Assembly (NCBI RefSeq): GCF_009914755.1
Contig: NC_060938.1
Length of the DNA stretch: 64,000 nt
Source of the DNA: the human T2T-CHM13v2.0 reference genome, Homo sapiens
Reading direction: 5' to 3' (one strand)
This document shows positions 47,089 to 62,150 of the stretch, in pieces. Position numbers and translations under genes: made by a program. The first letter of the stretch is position 1. Each line of letters opens with the position of its first letter. The notes beneath the pieces are model-generated. The model searched no databases. It was not told where the DNA came from and saw nothing but the letters and a program-made list of their open reading frames with translations.

Positions 47089-50000
47089 TAAACCATGAAA
47101 AAAGGTGCCTATAACCCTGAACTTGGGGCTCCATAAAATGTTTTTTCTCATGCGAAACTCAGCTCATTAAAGAAAAGAAAAAAGACAAAGTTTTCTTTAC
47201 AAGCTATGGTAAAGCAGACACAAAGAATTGACCCAGTTTCCAAAATAAACATTAGGCTTAAAGCTCTCCCCATCTGGCTAAAACTAAAGCCAGAAATGAA
47301 AATCAGCATGTACACACTGCATTTTCTACCTACACCGCAATAACAAGGCCAAGACAAATTTTAACATGTAACTTAATATTATACCTGAAATACCTGAAGT
47401 CGCATATTAAGATTTGTAGAATAATTTTTTTCTAATATTAGGAAAGGGCAACAACCCACTTTTAAGCCTGTCTGGATATCCACCTAGGTCGAGTACCTCT
47501 CCAAGTCCAAGTCCCACTGGGCATGGTGTGCAGTCTCTTCCTGGGCCCTGATCCTTTACCCTGAGACACATGCCTTTCAGTCTTCCTAGCTGCCTAATTT
47601 CTATATGGAAAAACACTTCTCTTTCCAAAAGCATATTTTCTTTTCTCCATAATATTTATTCTCTGACAACTTTTCCTCTTAACCTTTACAGAACATTTTC
47701 TATAGAAAACACATCTTATTCTCCATAAAGCAATGTATGCACTATATGTAAAAAGCCCTAACATCTTTGTGACACCACTTTCTTTCCATCTTAACCTCAT
47801 CTCCAATAACCAGCTCCATGCCATGGACAGGGGCATAAATGCACCAATAGAACCTTAGAAGTATAGAATGTTAGTCCTGAAAGGGACCTTAAAAGTCACT
47901 GATTTCAACTTTGGCATTTCACAATTGAAAAAAATAAATAAAGCTCAGAGAGATGTAAAGACTCTCCAGGGTCACACGGGCCTTTGCTCCCAACTTACTC
48001 TATATTCTCCCAATTTCTGGATCTTACCATCTTCTATTTATTTCCTTTTCCGGTGGGGAGAAGTCAGGGCAATGCCCATAACCTCAGCTTGACTTTTATC
48101 TGAATTCCACAGAGGATGCTGAATAAACTCATCAACATGAGAATACAGTGTGTGGCATTGGTCTCCTCTGTATGGTGCTGATTGACCAGTGTGCAACTAA
48201 ATGCTTCCCAGTTGCACTTAACCGCCTACATGAAGATTCAGATTTCTTGTCATACACATCCCACTGGCAGATGGTCTTGCTATACTTTTAGATGTGCTAA
48301 ACCATTTGTCTACTGCATTACAGATCATACTAGTCAATTACAGAAAGTTTTTAGATGTTTACGTGATTACCAATTACATCCTATTTGAAAATTGCAGATT
48401 AGCATCATTATGACAGGGCTTCCTGTCTACCAATTAAACCCCAGCAATTTTTATATTTATAATTTTTAGTTTGGTTTGTTTTGCTTTATAAGACTCAGTT
48501 TGCATTGCATCACAGCAGGACAAATTCTCATTGACATATACTGCATGGGCCAGCCTGTCTCAATTTACCAAAGCAGACAATAGAAAAAGTAGAAAAATGC
48601 TTTTAGAGAAAATGAATACCCAAATTCCAATCTCATAGCCCTTTGACATATGCTGAATACATATTTAATAATGTACTTAACAGTGTACTAAAACATATAT
48701 ATGGAGAGAGAAAAAAATTATGGTTGAACTTATGGCAAAGAGTTATTCAAAACATATTTTTATTTTATATGTTTCTTTCTTTTAGAAAATTATAATGAAA
48801 TATGCAGATGTAGAGTCCCTTATAACGGCTGGATTAAACTAAAATACAGTTTATATGATAATTTAGCAATAAAGAAGGGACTAAGTAACTGCTTTCTTGA
48901 TAAATCTTTGGAAGAGGATTTTTAAAAACATATGAAGACAAGAGTATAATCCTATTAGAAAAATTCCATCATTGCATTCCTTTGTTTTATAGTCATCAAA
49001 ATAAATCATCCACGTACTATGGTGCCTTCTGAATAGCAGCAAAATTAGTCAGTGTGCCTAATCCTTAGAAAATCTAATATTATTAGGGGCTCAATAATAA
49101 GATTATGTAAATAAAATGGATTAGAAAACACTTCATGAAGGCATCATTAAGTATTTACCAAGCAAATTAGCAAGGAGATTACTTACATCTTGATCTAAAT
49201 ACACATACACACACACATACGTATGTACATACATACTATTTTCTACAAGTGCTGCAAAAATATTCTCTCACAAAAGCCCTTTGGTAGTGAATTTTGTGAA
49301 TGTCAGCAGAGTAGCTGGATTCATTCATGAATGGACAGATACAGAGGAATGGGGAGGATGTGGCTACCCTGGGGAGTAATGGCTGCCACCAGAGCAGTGG
49401 AGGTCACTCAAGGCAGACAGAGTATGAAAAAACCAAGAGAAGACAAATTTAAGGTAAAGAATGCATGACGGTAGATGTATATAGAGAAGCATCAGGCAAC
49501 CCTTCCAATTCAGAAATCTGAACAGGAAGATTTCCCATGTTGGGCAAATATAGGAACAAAGGATTTAAGTCTAAGAAATTCCCAGGTAGCAGGTAAGAAA
49601 AGTATCCTGGGACCCTGCTGACATAGGAGGGATCTGGAAGGAATCTCAGTTGAGTGGAATTAGGGGAAGGCCTATACTATTTTTTGAAGATCTGTCTGAT
49701 ATATGAACAAGGAAAACTTTTGAGACTGTAGTCTTAGACAGAGCCCACATCCAACTTAGCATTATGGTAGCAAGAGCCTAGGAAAGGAAAGGCCATTGAA
49801 AAGAGGGCTCATAAGGACCTAGGAATCGGGATTGTTGCCACATTCATACTTCTAAATTTTTCTGAAAGACATATAAATTTTGGATGACTTTCTCGAGAAA
49901 AAGAGTCTATCATTTGCAAGTAGTGATTATTTTTCTCAACAGAATATAGGCAGTTGGTGTCTCCATCAACCTTTTGATAAAACATTTTTCTGTTTTTGAG

Positions 50001-51094
50001 TTATAAGGTTACAAGTGGTGCTTCTTAGACAGCCACACAGATTGACTAGAACCCTGGCACAAGTGAAAAAATGAACCTTTCTGTTTTCTACCTGCCTCTT
50101 CCCTATCCTATCTTCCCCACCACACATACACACACACACACCGCTAAATCCCTGGCTATGGCTGCTAGCACATATTGGTTTCTAAGAATGCAGGTGGTTT
50201 GTTTTCATTTGTTTGTTTTCCTTGGTGTTCTTGTAGGAAAAAAATGATACTATATTTACAAAGAGCTACAATATCCAAATTTGGTTGACATTTCGGGTCT
50301 AACAAATTTTGGAACTGTGCAAAGGTACTATAACACTTCATGAATCTAGACAGCTTTTTATAATATTCTCAGGTTTTTCAAAGGAAATATCCCATGAAAT
50401 TACCAAGGACCCAAGGACTAAAAGGGAAATTTAAAGGTATCTCCCTGGAATACTCTGGCTATAGAAACTGGACTTAATCAGAAGCATAAAAGGAAAACCT
50501 AAGTCAAAAGGCAAGAAGATGTCAAAAATTGGTATACAAACAGAAAACTGCTACTCAGGTATTCAAAGAATATAATAGAAACTCAGAGAAGAAAACAACC
50601 AACTTTAAAACTAGGTTTTTATCTCTAAATCAAAACAGGAACTTCAGAAAATGGAAGAGATGAGGAGAAATGGAAATTTAGATCTAGCAAGTATAATTGG
50701 CTATTCATGAAGGAGAGAAGGAATAGAACCAACTCTGAACCAAATACAGTTTCGGAAACCCAACTGAATATACGTGAAAATTTCCACTGTAGGTAGATTC
50801 AGAAGGTAGATGGTAAGAAGCAGTGAGAGAACATTTTGTTGGAGCTTCCAGTGACTTGCTTCTTAGAACTTATATCGATAGGCCGATAAGACACGGGGTT
50901 ACCAACTCAGCTAAAGGAATGACTACACCCCCAAAGGAAGACAATGCAGGTGAGCTTACCAGGCCTTTCACAAAGGAATCGGGGTCAAAGCTCTAACACC
51001 CTGCATTTTGCTGGCACGTACTTGATCGTAGATCTAACTGGGATGGATTCAAGGACAGAAGATCTTCATCACGACCATCAGGGACATCTTCAAT

Positions 51095-51910
51095 TTCATT
51101 CATTCATATGAAAAATTAAGATTGAGCACAAAACTCTTAAGAATTGTTTAGATACTGGGGATACAAGAAACGGACAGAGGCCTACCTCTCATGGAGCTTA
51201 CATTCTGAAGGAAAAGAAAAACCAAGTACACGTGGGTTCGGATCGTGGTAGGGACAATGAAGGGAAAGGTTAAAGAGTAGAGACTACAGGTTGGCATTGA
51301 GGTGTTTTTTTATAGTAGGGTAGCACTGGAAGGAATTTCTGTAGAGGCGATTCCGTGGAGAGCCACATGAATTCGGGTCATAGGTCAGGAGAGGAGTGTT
51401 ATAAGCAATGGGAAAGCAAGTACAAAGACTCTGAGACAGGCCTAAGACTGATGTTTTCAGGGAAAATGAGATGGTGAGCATGGACTTAGGAGGATAAGCC
51501 AAGGAAGAATGGTTGAAAGTGAAGTGAGTGAGGTAGGCAGGGCCATATCAGGAAGGCCTTGAAAGATGAGCTAGGGAATCTGGACTTTATTTCACACACA
51601 TTGGAGGGATTTGAGCAGAGGAATGGTGTGATCTGATTTGCTTTTAAAGGGGCTGCTTAAGCTTTGGGATAGAGATTGTAGGGCAAGCATAAGAAAATTA
51701 GGAAGATATAGGAGGTTACTTCAAAAGTTCAGGCCAGAGATGATGGTGACTTGGTCTTGGGTGGTAATCTATGGAAGGAGAGAGAAATAATCAAATGTAT
51801 TTTGAAGGTAAACCCTACAGGCCATGTTATTAATAGATGTAACATAGAAAAACAGAAATCTAGGATGATTCCCAACTTCGGGGCCTCAGAAACAAAGTAA
51901 ATAATTGTGT
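51095..51910 (-). mobile_element. L2 fragment
   Basis: TTCATTCATTCA tail; CTCATGGAGCTTACATTCT; TTTGAGCAGAGGAATGGTGTGATCTGATTTG; CAGGCCAGAGATGATGGTGACTTGG. Confidence 0.8.
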
Positions 51911-51974
51911 CCTTTGACTCTACATAGATTTTATTTTCCTACAATTCTCTTATGAAAAATATAACTGTGCTAGT

Positions 51975-52820
51975 ACATCCACTCTGTAAAATAGTTTGGC
52001 AATTTCTTTAAAAATTGAACATACACTTATCACATGTCCCAGTAATCACATTCCTGGGCACTTATCCCAGAGAACTAAGAACTAATGTCCATATTAAAAA
52101 CCTATACACAAATGTTCACAGCAGCTTTGTGTTTTTTGTGTGGTTTTTTTTTTTATTTTCAGTTCCAGGGTACATGTGCAGGATGTGCAGGTTTGTTACA
52201 TGGGTAAATGTGTGCCATGGTGGTTTGCTGCAATATCAACCCATCACCTAGGTATTAACATAGCAGCTTTATTTGTAATAGCCAAAATCTGGAAACAAAT
52301 ACAATGTCCTTCAATAGATGGTGAGTTAAACAGTAGTACATCCTAACCATGAACTACTACTCAGCAATAAAAAAGAACAAATTAATTACTGATACATTCA
52401 ACTTAGATGGATCTCAGGGGCATTATGCTGAGCGGAGAAAGTCCATTTCAAAAGGTTACATTTTACATAATTTAATTTATATAACATACTCAAAATCACA
52501 AAATTATAAAGATGGAGAGCAGATGAGTAGTTTTCAGGGAATAGGGATAGTTGGGGGAAATGGGTAGGTTACATATAAAAGACAGCTTTGTGGTAAAGGA
52601 ACAGTTCTGTATCTTGATTGCAGTTGTAATTAAAGAAACCTGCACATGTGATAAAACAATACAGAGCTATACACACACATTATATCATTGTCAATTTTGA
52701 TACTGAGCTATAGTTATATAAGATGTAATTATTGGAGGAAACTAGGTGAAGGTAACAAAGGCCCTCTCCACACTATTTTTGCAACTTCCAATGAATCTAT
52801 AATTACTTCAAAACAAAAAG
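51975..52820 (+). mobile_element. L1MC/MD-like 3' fragment
   Basis: ACTCTGTAAAATAGTTTGGCAATTTC; CTACTCAGCAATAAAAAAGAA; TTTGCAACTTCCAATGAATCTATAATTA. Confidence 0.8.
52129..52258 (-). mobile_element. ~130-bp L1PA 3' terminus nested in the L1M
   Basis: GGTACATGTGCAGGATGTGCAGGTTTGTTACATGGGTAAATGTGTGCCATGGTGG; TSD CA(C/T)AGCAGCTTT at 52117-52128 and 52259-52270. Confidence 0.88.
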
Positions 52821-53436
52821 GTTTTCTTTTTTAATCTAACTATGCTCAAGTATAAGGCAAAATGTATAAATATTAAAAGTAGTATGGTGCTAAATACAGC
52901 CTCTGACAAAATGTTGTCTTCTGAATTTATAAAGTACATTTTTGCCCATACATCTTACCACTTTGTATACGTAGGTATCCATTTAATTAATCATCAGCAT
53001 CTCTCTCTGTGTATAAGGACATTTTCCTGCTGAAAGCCTCTGGAGCAAACAGCACTTGGAATTCTCACTCTCCCTCTAACTGCAAGCTCTAACCAGCAAA
53101 TAGAGCCTGCCTGTTCTTGTTCCTATACCTGTACAAGGGTTCATTAGACAAACAGAAGCTGAACAACTGCCAACACTGATGCTTCAATAGCTTTCAGACA
53201 TTCTAAATGATGAAAACTACCTGCTTAGACTCAAGATATTAACCTTTCATGTTCCAGCAAACGCCCTTGGAGTCCCAGAACTTTTGCCATCAATGTCAAA
53301 ATCTAAGCCTCTGCAACATGGAATCTCAGAAAGGACAGCTTAGACACACACACACACACACACACAAAAACCGATGACCATGATCCAAAGGCTCAAGAGG
53401 CGCTAATAATGCTAATCACACCTTCAGTACAATCTT

Positions 53437-54969
<1,533 letters not shown>

Positions 54970-55690
54970 TAAGGTTAGTTTAGGTGTGGATAAGTCATCT
55001 AAGTCAACTTGAAGGCGTGAATGATGGTGAAGTCTCCCTCAAGATCTTCAAAAGCAGCTTCTTTGTATGTATTTCCTTTATGTTCTGGTCTTCTGATGCC
55101 ATCCAGTCACAGTCTGAGTGCAGAGCACATGGTCTTTGTTCCTTTAGGGGGTATTCTACTTCCAAGAACTTGGTACCCAGGTATACCTGTTAAATCCTAG
55201 ACACTTCTCATTGCTGAATGGGCTTATATTCAGTAATCCTTTCATTCTCTCAAACAGGCATATATTCAACCTAGAGTGGCTATAATGAAGACTAGCTTTA
55301 TAAACCCTTTCTCCTAGTCTTAATTGTAAAAACCTATACAAAAGTGTATCCTAAGGTCAACTTTAATTTAGGAATTCAGTATTAACTAGAATATTTATAA
55401 ACAATATATTTCACATCAGATCCTATCTCTTTTTTTTTTTTTTTTTGGAATTTAACACATTACCAACAAAATCTATGGAATGTGCGAAACGCCACCTCTC
55501 TGGATGCTGGTCCTGGTTCCTTCAAGAGAGCACTGCTGGGTACACACATTAATATGTTTTTCACACATTATTATGTCCTGAAGAGTAAAATATATTATTT
55601 TGCATTTCTATTTTCTAAGGTAGATTAAAAAAAACAATTGCAAATAAGATGGATTAAATACCTTTCTGTAAACAAAGTAGTTCGTTTTCA

Positions 55691-56194
<504 letters not shown>

Positions 56195-57264
56195 TTAAAA
56201 AAAAAAAAAAAATTACACCACATTTTCAGGAAAAAAAAAGGCTGGGGAAACAATACAATGGCTCACCTTCATAAATTTAACCATCCAATTATATATTAAG
56301 AACATATGTATATTATAGGTCTGATTTTAAGAAAACAAAAAAGTCAAAATGATAAACTTTAAAAAAATAGATATCTTCCTACCCAAAAATTCATATTTTC
56401 AAATTATTAGATAAAACAGATTTCATTAGCTAAGAAATTCCCAATTTATTTTCATAAGTAGAATATAAATGGTACAGAGAGAAACCGAAGATGAAAATTG
56501 CTCAAATGCGTTATATACAGAGTATACAAATAGGAGTGTTGAATTCAGACCTTTTATTTCCTTTTCCTATAAAACTTTCCCTCTACTCTAAAAGGTTTCT
56601 TTTCATTTCTTATTTTATGATAGCTACAAATAGCAGAACTCTGAAAAAGGAAGCACAGTCTTACAGGCAATCACACAGGAAATACTTTGGTATATATGGG
56701 GAAAATGAACAAATACCATTGTTGGCCCCACTACCTCCTGCCACAATCATGAGAATCACTGCATTTCTAGAGCTCTGAAAACGTGAACAGAGCTGAACCT
56801 GAAATGGGTGTGTGGCCTACTATCCTATCCATTCTCTAGCAAAAGTCACCAAAAATAACACCAAAAAAAGAACAGCAGCCGGAAAATTCATATTTTGTTG
56901 AGAAGCTTAAAATAACAAATAAGGGATTATCCAAATCAAAGCACAGCATAGGCTTTCTTAAATCAATGAAAGTCCCATAGTTACTTTTTTGGAAGCATGT
57001 AATAGACCACCTGCAGAGGTAGGATAAGTTCATTCCTGATGCAGTTCACAAAATAGGCAGGGAGGGAAAATGGAGCAGTGATCCAGGAAGCCTCTCATGC
57101 AGTCATTACCTGCAAATCCATTCGTATCCATGACTTCCTTACTGCTAACCCTGTCTCCCAGAATGTAGACAAGGAATCTAATATAACTTACTCTGACATG
57201 AATTCTGACCAGCAAGGAGGAATTTGTTGTTGCAGTAGAATAGATGTATATTAATAAGACTCTA

Positions 57265-57645
<381 letters not shown>

Positions 57646-58532
57646 CTATATTCTATAAGACAGCATGTGTTTGAAATTTTTCATAATGAAAATTTAAAAG
57701 AGAAAGATAACAAAGAGAAGTAGAAACAAGAGTCCCTATAGAAACAAAGGAGTAGCAGGGTCATCCTGCTGGGTTTCTGCCTCAACTTCAATTTCCTTAG
57801 GCCTACCTCTATTTAAGTTGAAACTCTCAAATATTGTAGCATATATACAGCCTAAAAACAAATTCCCATTTCACTTTAACACTTGGGGGAAAAAGATGCT
57901 AAACTTTAGTCAGTTAAAAAGAGTAGAATTAATGAAATAAAGAAGACAAATTTGTGTAATTCAGTGACATGAGATGTTGGAAGGCTTGAAAGCTTTCAAA
58001 AATGGAACAGTGCAGTCATCAACAAGTAATACAAAAATAAACATTTATGGAGCACTCCTATATGCCAAGTTCTGTTTTAAGCCCTGGGGATATTAAGATA
58101 AATATGCCTCACTTCTGCTCTAAAGAAACGCATAATCGAAATACATGAAAAACTCAAACAGAGTTCAGTTTAAAAATAAAAACAATGATGTTATAGATAA
58201 TATTTTCTGGTTAGCTCAAACTTTTAAAGGAACTTTGGGACTTCTGTTTAAATACTGCATAGAAAAGTCATTTCTACCTGAATTCTTTTCTCTGAAAATA
58301 GCTTAAAGCAAAGAGAAGGAAAAACAGAGAGAAAATCTTCACCCCATTCAAACTAAGAAAGCCAACACAAACCCCAACTAGAATGTCATGAGTTAGGACC
58401 TACTAGAATGAGGTCCAAATGGTGGGAAGACACACATCCCTCATCTCTAGCAAGCAGATTGCTCCAAAAGGAGGTGACCATCCTGACAGGCCTGCTCTGG
58501 ATTCTGCTTACTCAAAAGCACATTTTCTAATA

Positions 58533-58860
58533 TTTAGAAGTAGTTTGACACTACTTAAATATTATAAAATGTTTTATGAGCTTAAAAAGCAATAAAACAT
58601 TAGTAAATAGACATACTTGATATATAAAGTATATATAAAATATCAGTTTTATATAGAGAGAGAGCATTATAGACTCTCTCTGCCACAGGTTTAGAAGTAG
58701 TTTGACACCACTTAAACATTATAAAATGTTTTACAAGCTTAAAAAGTAACAAAATATTAGTAAATATACATACTTGATATATATACATAAAGTATATATA
58801 AAATATTAGTAATATATACACATATATATCAAGCATTATAGACTCTCTCTGCCATAGGTT
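58533..58860. repeat. Two-copy tandem duplication (~157 and ~171 bp)
   Basis: TTTAGAAGTAGTTTGACAC...AGCATTATAGACTCTCTCTGCCA(C/T)AGGT starting at 58533 and 58690. Confidence 0.95.
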
Positions 58861-58864
58861 CTAT

Positions 58865-60122
58865 GGCACTACTTCCTCTTGGTTTTTAGCCAACCCTCCA
58901 ACTGACGCCCTCTCAAAATCACTTTCCAGGGCTATCCTTCTCCATGCTTCTATTTCATGTTAGGATTCTCATGATTGCCCTCAGTCCTCTTCTGGTTGAT
59001 CTACTGCATATCTAGGTTTCAACCATCTTCCATATATGAATCATTCTCAGGTCCACTTAGCACAAAAAGAAACCTCTCTCCTGAGTTATTGATACTAAGC
59101 CAAATGTCTGCCGTGCGTTTCCTCTTGGATGTCCCACAGGTATCCAAAAATAGGTCCTAAAGGGAACCGTTTGCTTCTCCCAAATCAGTTATCTTCTATC
59201 ATGTGAATGACATCATTATCCACCCAGTCACTCAGACCTGGGGCGAAGCCTCAACTTTTCCCATTTCCTGCCACATGTAGCTGGTTATCAAGTCCTGAGG
59301 GTCTCACCACTCAAAGTGCCTAAATGCTCAAAATATATCTATTTAATAAATCTCTCAAAAAATTTCCTTCTCTTCCATTCCCATAGACATGTTTGGTCAT
59401 GATTTCCTGGTTTTTTCTCACTTGTGTGACAGGAACTGCCTCTCCATCAGCCATCCCACCTCCATTCTTGCTTCCTCTAATTCACAGATCACACTACAAG
59501 GGCTATCAGTCTCGTATTTCTTTAAAGCACAACTGTCTAACCATGTCCCTCTCTAATATAAACTCTTTTCATGTTGGCTCATTACCTATAGGAATAAATA
59601 TTAATTTCCAAGTGTGACACGCGAAGCCCATCAGGACCTTGTACCTACCTACCTGCTCAGCATCTCTCCTGCCAATTCCTCCACCTGTTCTCTAGGCTGC
59701 TGCCATTCTCAGATAGGAGTAGTTCCCAGAATGTCCATGCTGTTTCATGCTACGTTACAAGTTATTCTCTCTGTTTAAAGGCTTCCTTCCCCCACTCTTA
59801 GTGGTTAGGATCTTACATACAGTTTATGACAAATACTCTCTCTTCCATGTGCACTTCCCTGACATCATCTCCCTGCCTCTGCCATCTTTATTGTCATACT
59901 CTCCCCCGTCCCCCACTGGGAGAATTCGATATCCTTCCTTTATGTTATCATACAGTTTCTGCACATCTCTATTATAACAATTTTCACTGTCACACTTACT
60001 ACAAGTCTGTTTGCATGTATGACATTCCAGGAAACTCCTTAAGGAGCAGATCTACTGTCAATTACAAAGCTGGCATATGGTAATATGTTAAGCAGCCAAT
60101 AATTCAATAAATGAAAGAATAA
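58865..60122 (+). mobile_element. L2 fragment
   Basis: CCTCTCTCCTGAG..CCTCTTGGATGTCCCACAGG; GAATGACATCATTATCCACCCAGTCACTCA; AATAAATGAAAGAATAAA tail. Confidence 0.65.
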
Positions 60123-60303
60123 ACTTTTATGAAACAAGCAAATGTTGGGGATCAATTTGGAGGGCTTTGATTAATTACAAACTCAGAATGATTTAACAGT
60201 ATAATGTAGAGAACAAAACAGTCAATGTAACTTAGGGTTGCATTAATAGAGTATGTCATTGAGTACAAAAGAGAAATTCTCCTTAATCTCTACACTGACT
60301 AGG

Positions 60304-60663
60304 TGTATTACTCCATTTTCATGCTGCCGATAAAGACATACCCAAGACTCGGTAATTCGTAAAGGAAAAGAGGTTTAATGGACTCACAGTTCCACACGGC
60401 TGGGGAGGCCTCACAATCATGGAGGAAGGCAAAAGGCACATCTTACATGGCAGCACACAAAAGAGAATAAGAGCCAAACAAATGGAGAAACTCCTTATTA
60501 AACCAGCAGATCTCATGAGACTTATTCACTACCACAAAAATAGTATGGAGGAAACACCCCCACGATTCAATTATCTCCAACTGGTCCCTCTCACAACACC
60601 TCGGAATTATGGAAGCTACAATTTAAGATGAGATTTGGGTGGGGAAACAGCCAAACCATATCA
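60304..60663 (-). mobile_element. THE1-family MaLR solo LTR, inserted in an L3/CR1 fragment
   Basis: Reverse complement begins TGATATGGTTTGGCTG and ends TAATACA; 5-bp TSD CTAGG at 60299-60303 and 60664-60668. Confidence 0.93.
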
Positions 60664-60999
60664 CTAGGTCACACATGTAGGAGATCAGTTGAATATATTC
60701 ATCAGAGAACTGCCAAAAAAAAAAAAAACCCTCAAAACTCAACTCTATTAGGAAATGTGAAAGGAACTGGAAAAAGGGAGATTGGAGCAGGGCACTATTT
60801 ATATTCAAATACACAGTGCATGGATGAGGGCTGAGCTCACTCTGTATAATCCTAATGTGGGTAACCTGGAAAAAGGCTGGAGCTACAGGGATAGAAGGAT
60901 GCAAACAGGATTTCAATGGGCCTGTGCCACACACTTCTATGCAGTTAACCAACAGAAAGTTAGGTCATTTATTGCTACTTGGAAAAGACAGACAAGGCA

Positions 61000-61200
61000 A
61001 TAATAACATTGAGTATTTACTACATGCCAGGTACTATTCTAAGTGTTTTCTTTGTATTAATTAAATTAAAATTCAGAACAATCCTATGTGGTACCTATCA
61101 TTAAAGCATGGCCCAGAAAAGTTAAAAATAATTGGACTAAGTTCACATACATAGTAAGAGGAGGAAGCCAGATTCACATTCAGGCAGTCTGTCTCCAGAA
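61000..61200 (-). mobile_element. MIR
   Basis: AATAACATTGAGTATTTACTACATGCCAGGTACTATTCTAAGTG...CAGGCAGTCTG.CTCCAGA. Confidence 0.75.
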
Positions 61201-61854
61201 TTTTCCTTCGTTCATTCTGAAAGTCTCTATACCTAGAGTATAATGTGTAACTTATCCAACCACATGAATACCTGCAATATTGGCTTAAACATGAGCATTC
61301 TCTACATGACTGAATAAAGTAGATTAAATACCTAGCCTCCTCTTTCCCTCCACTCAGTCACAGCAATGGCCACGCAGTAGGGGTCCGTGGAGGCCCTGGA
61401 ACTCTTATATCTATATAGTCTGCAGTTCTCTAACATGGATCAATTCATTTTGTTTTTATAATAGCAGGATTCCTACCTTCATTGTTCACATGAGGACACT
61501 GAAGATCAGACAGGTTGAACGAATCGTCCAAAGACACAGTTAGCAAGGAACAGAAGTATCACTCAGACCCAGTCCTTCAGATTCTGAGTGCATTTCCCAC
61601 AACAACCAACCACGCTGCAGCCTTCCTGTCCTTACCCCCAATCTCTCCTACATCATTGCTGCAATATTAATCTTCCTGAAAGGCAGCACTGAGCATATCG
61701 TCCAAGGGCTTATCACAGACATTAAGCATAATCTCTTGAACAGGCCTCCAATGCCCGCAATCCCATCTCTGTCTATGCTGCCAGGTCATTTCCCTCTATG
61801 CCTCTGCATAGCCCTAGTGCTCCAATCAAACCAAACTCCTTTTTGCCCCCAAAC

Positions 61855-62150
61855 ATCATGTTGAGCAAAAGGAGCTAGATACAAAAGAGTATATACTGTA
61901 TGATTCCATTTCTGAAGAGTTCAGAAACAGATGGAACTACTCCATGGGGTTAAATGAGCATAGTGTCTCCCTTTGTTGGGAGAGGGGCAGTGATTACAAA
62001 AGGCATGAGGAGACCTTCGGGTTCTGGCAGTATTTTGTTTCCTAACACAGCTACTAATCACTAGGTGGTTCACTTTGTGAAAATTCTTTCTGCTGTACAC
62101 TTAAGATTGGGATAATTTTCTTTAAATATGTCATATTTAAACATCAAAAA
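61855..62150 (+). mobile_element. L1ME 3' UTR fragment
   Basis: ATGTTGAGCAAAAGGAGCTAGATACAAAAGAGTATATACTGTATGATTCCATTT; TTCACTTTGTGAAAATTC. Confidence 0.75.

Noticed and set aside
48154-48182. Possible REST/RE1 site (TGGTGCTGA)
   Set aside because: Only one half-site; the GCTGTCC half is absent at a usable spacing.
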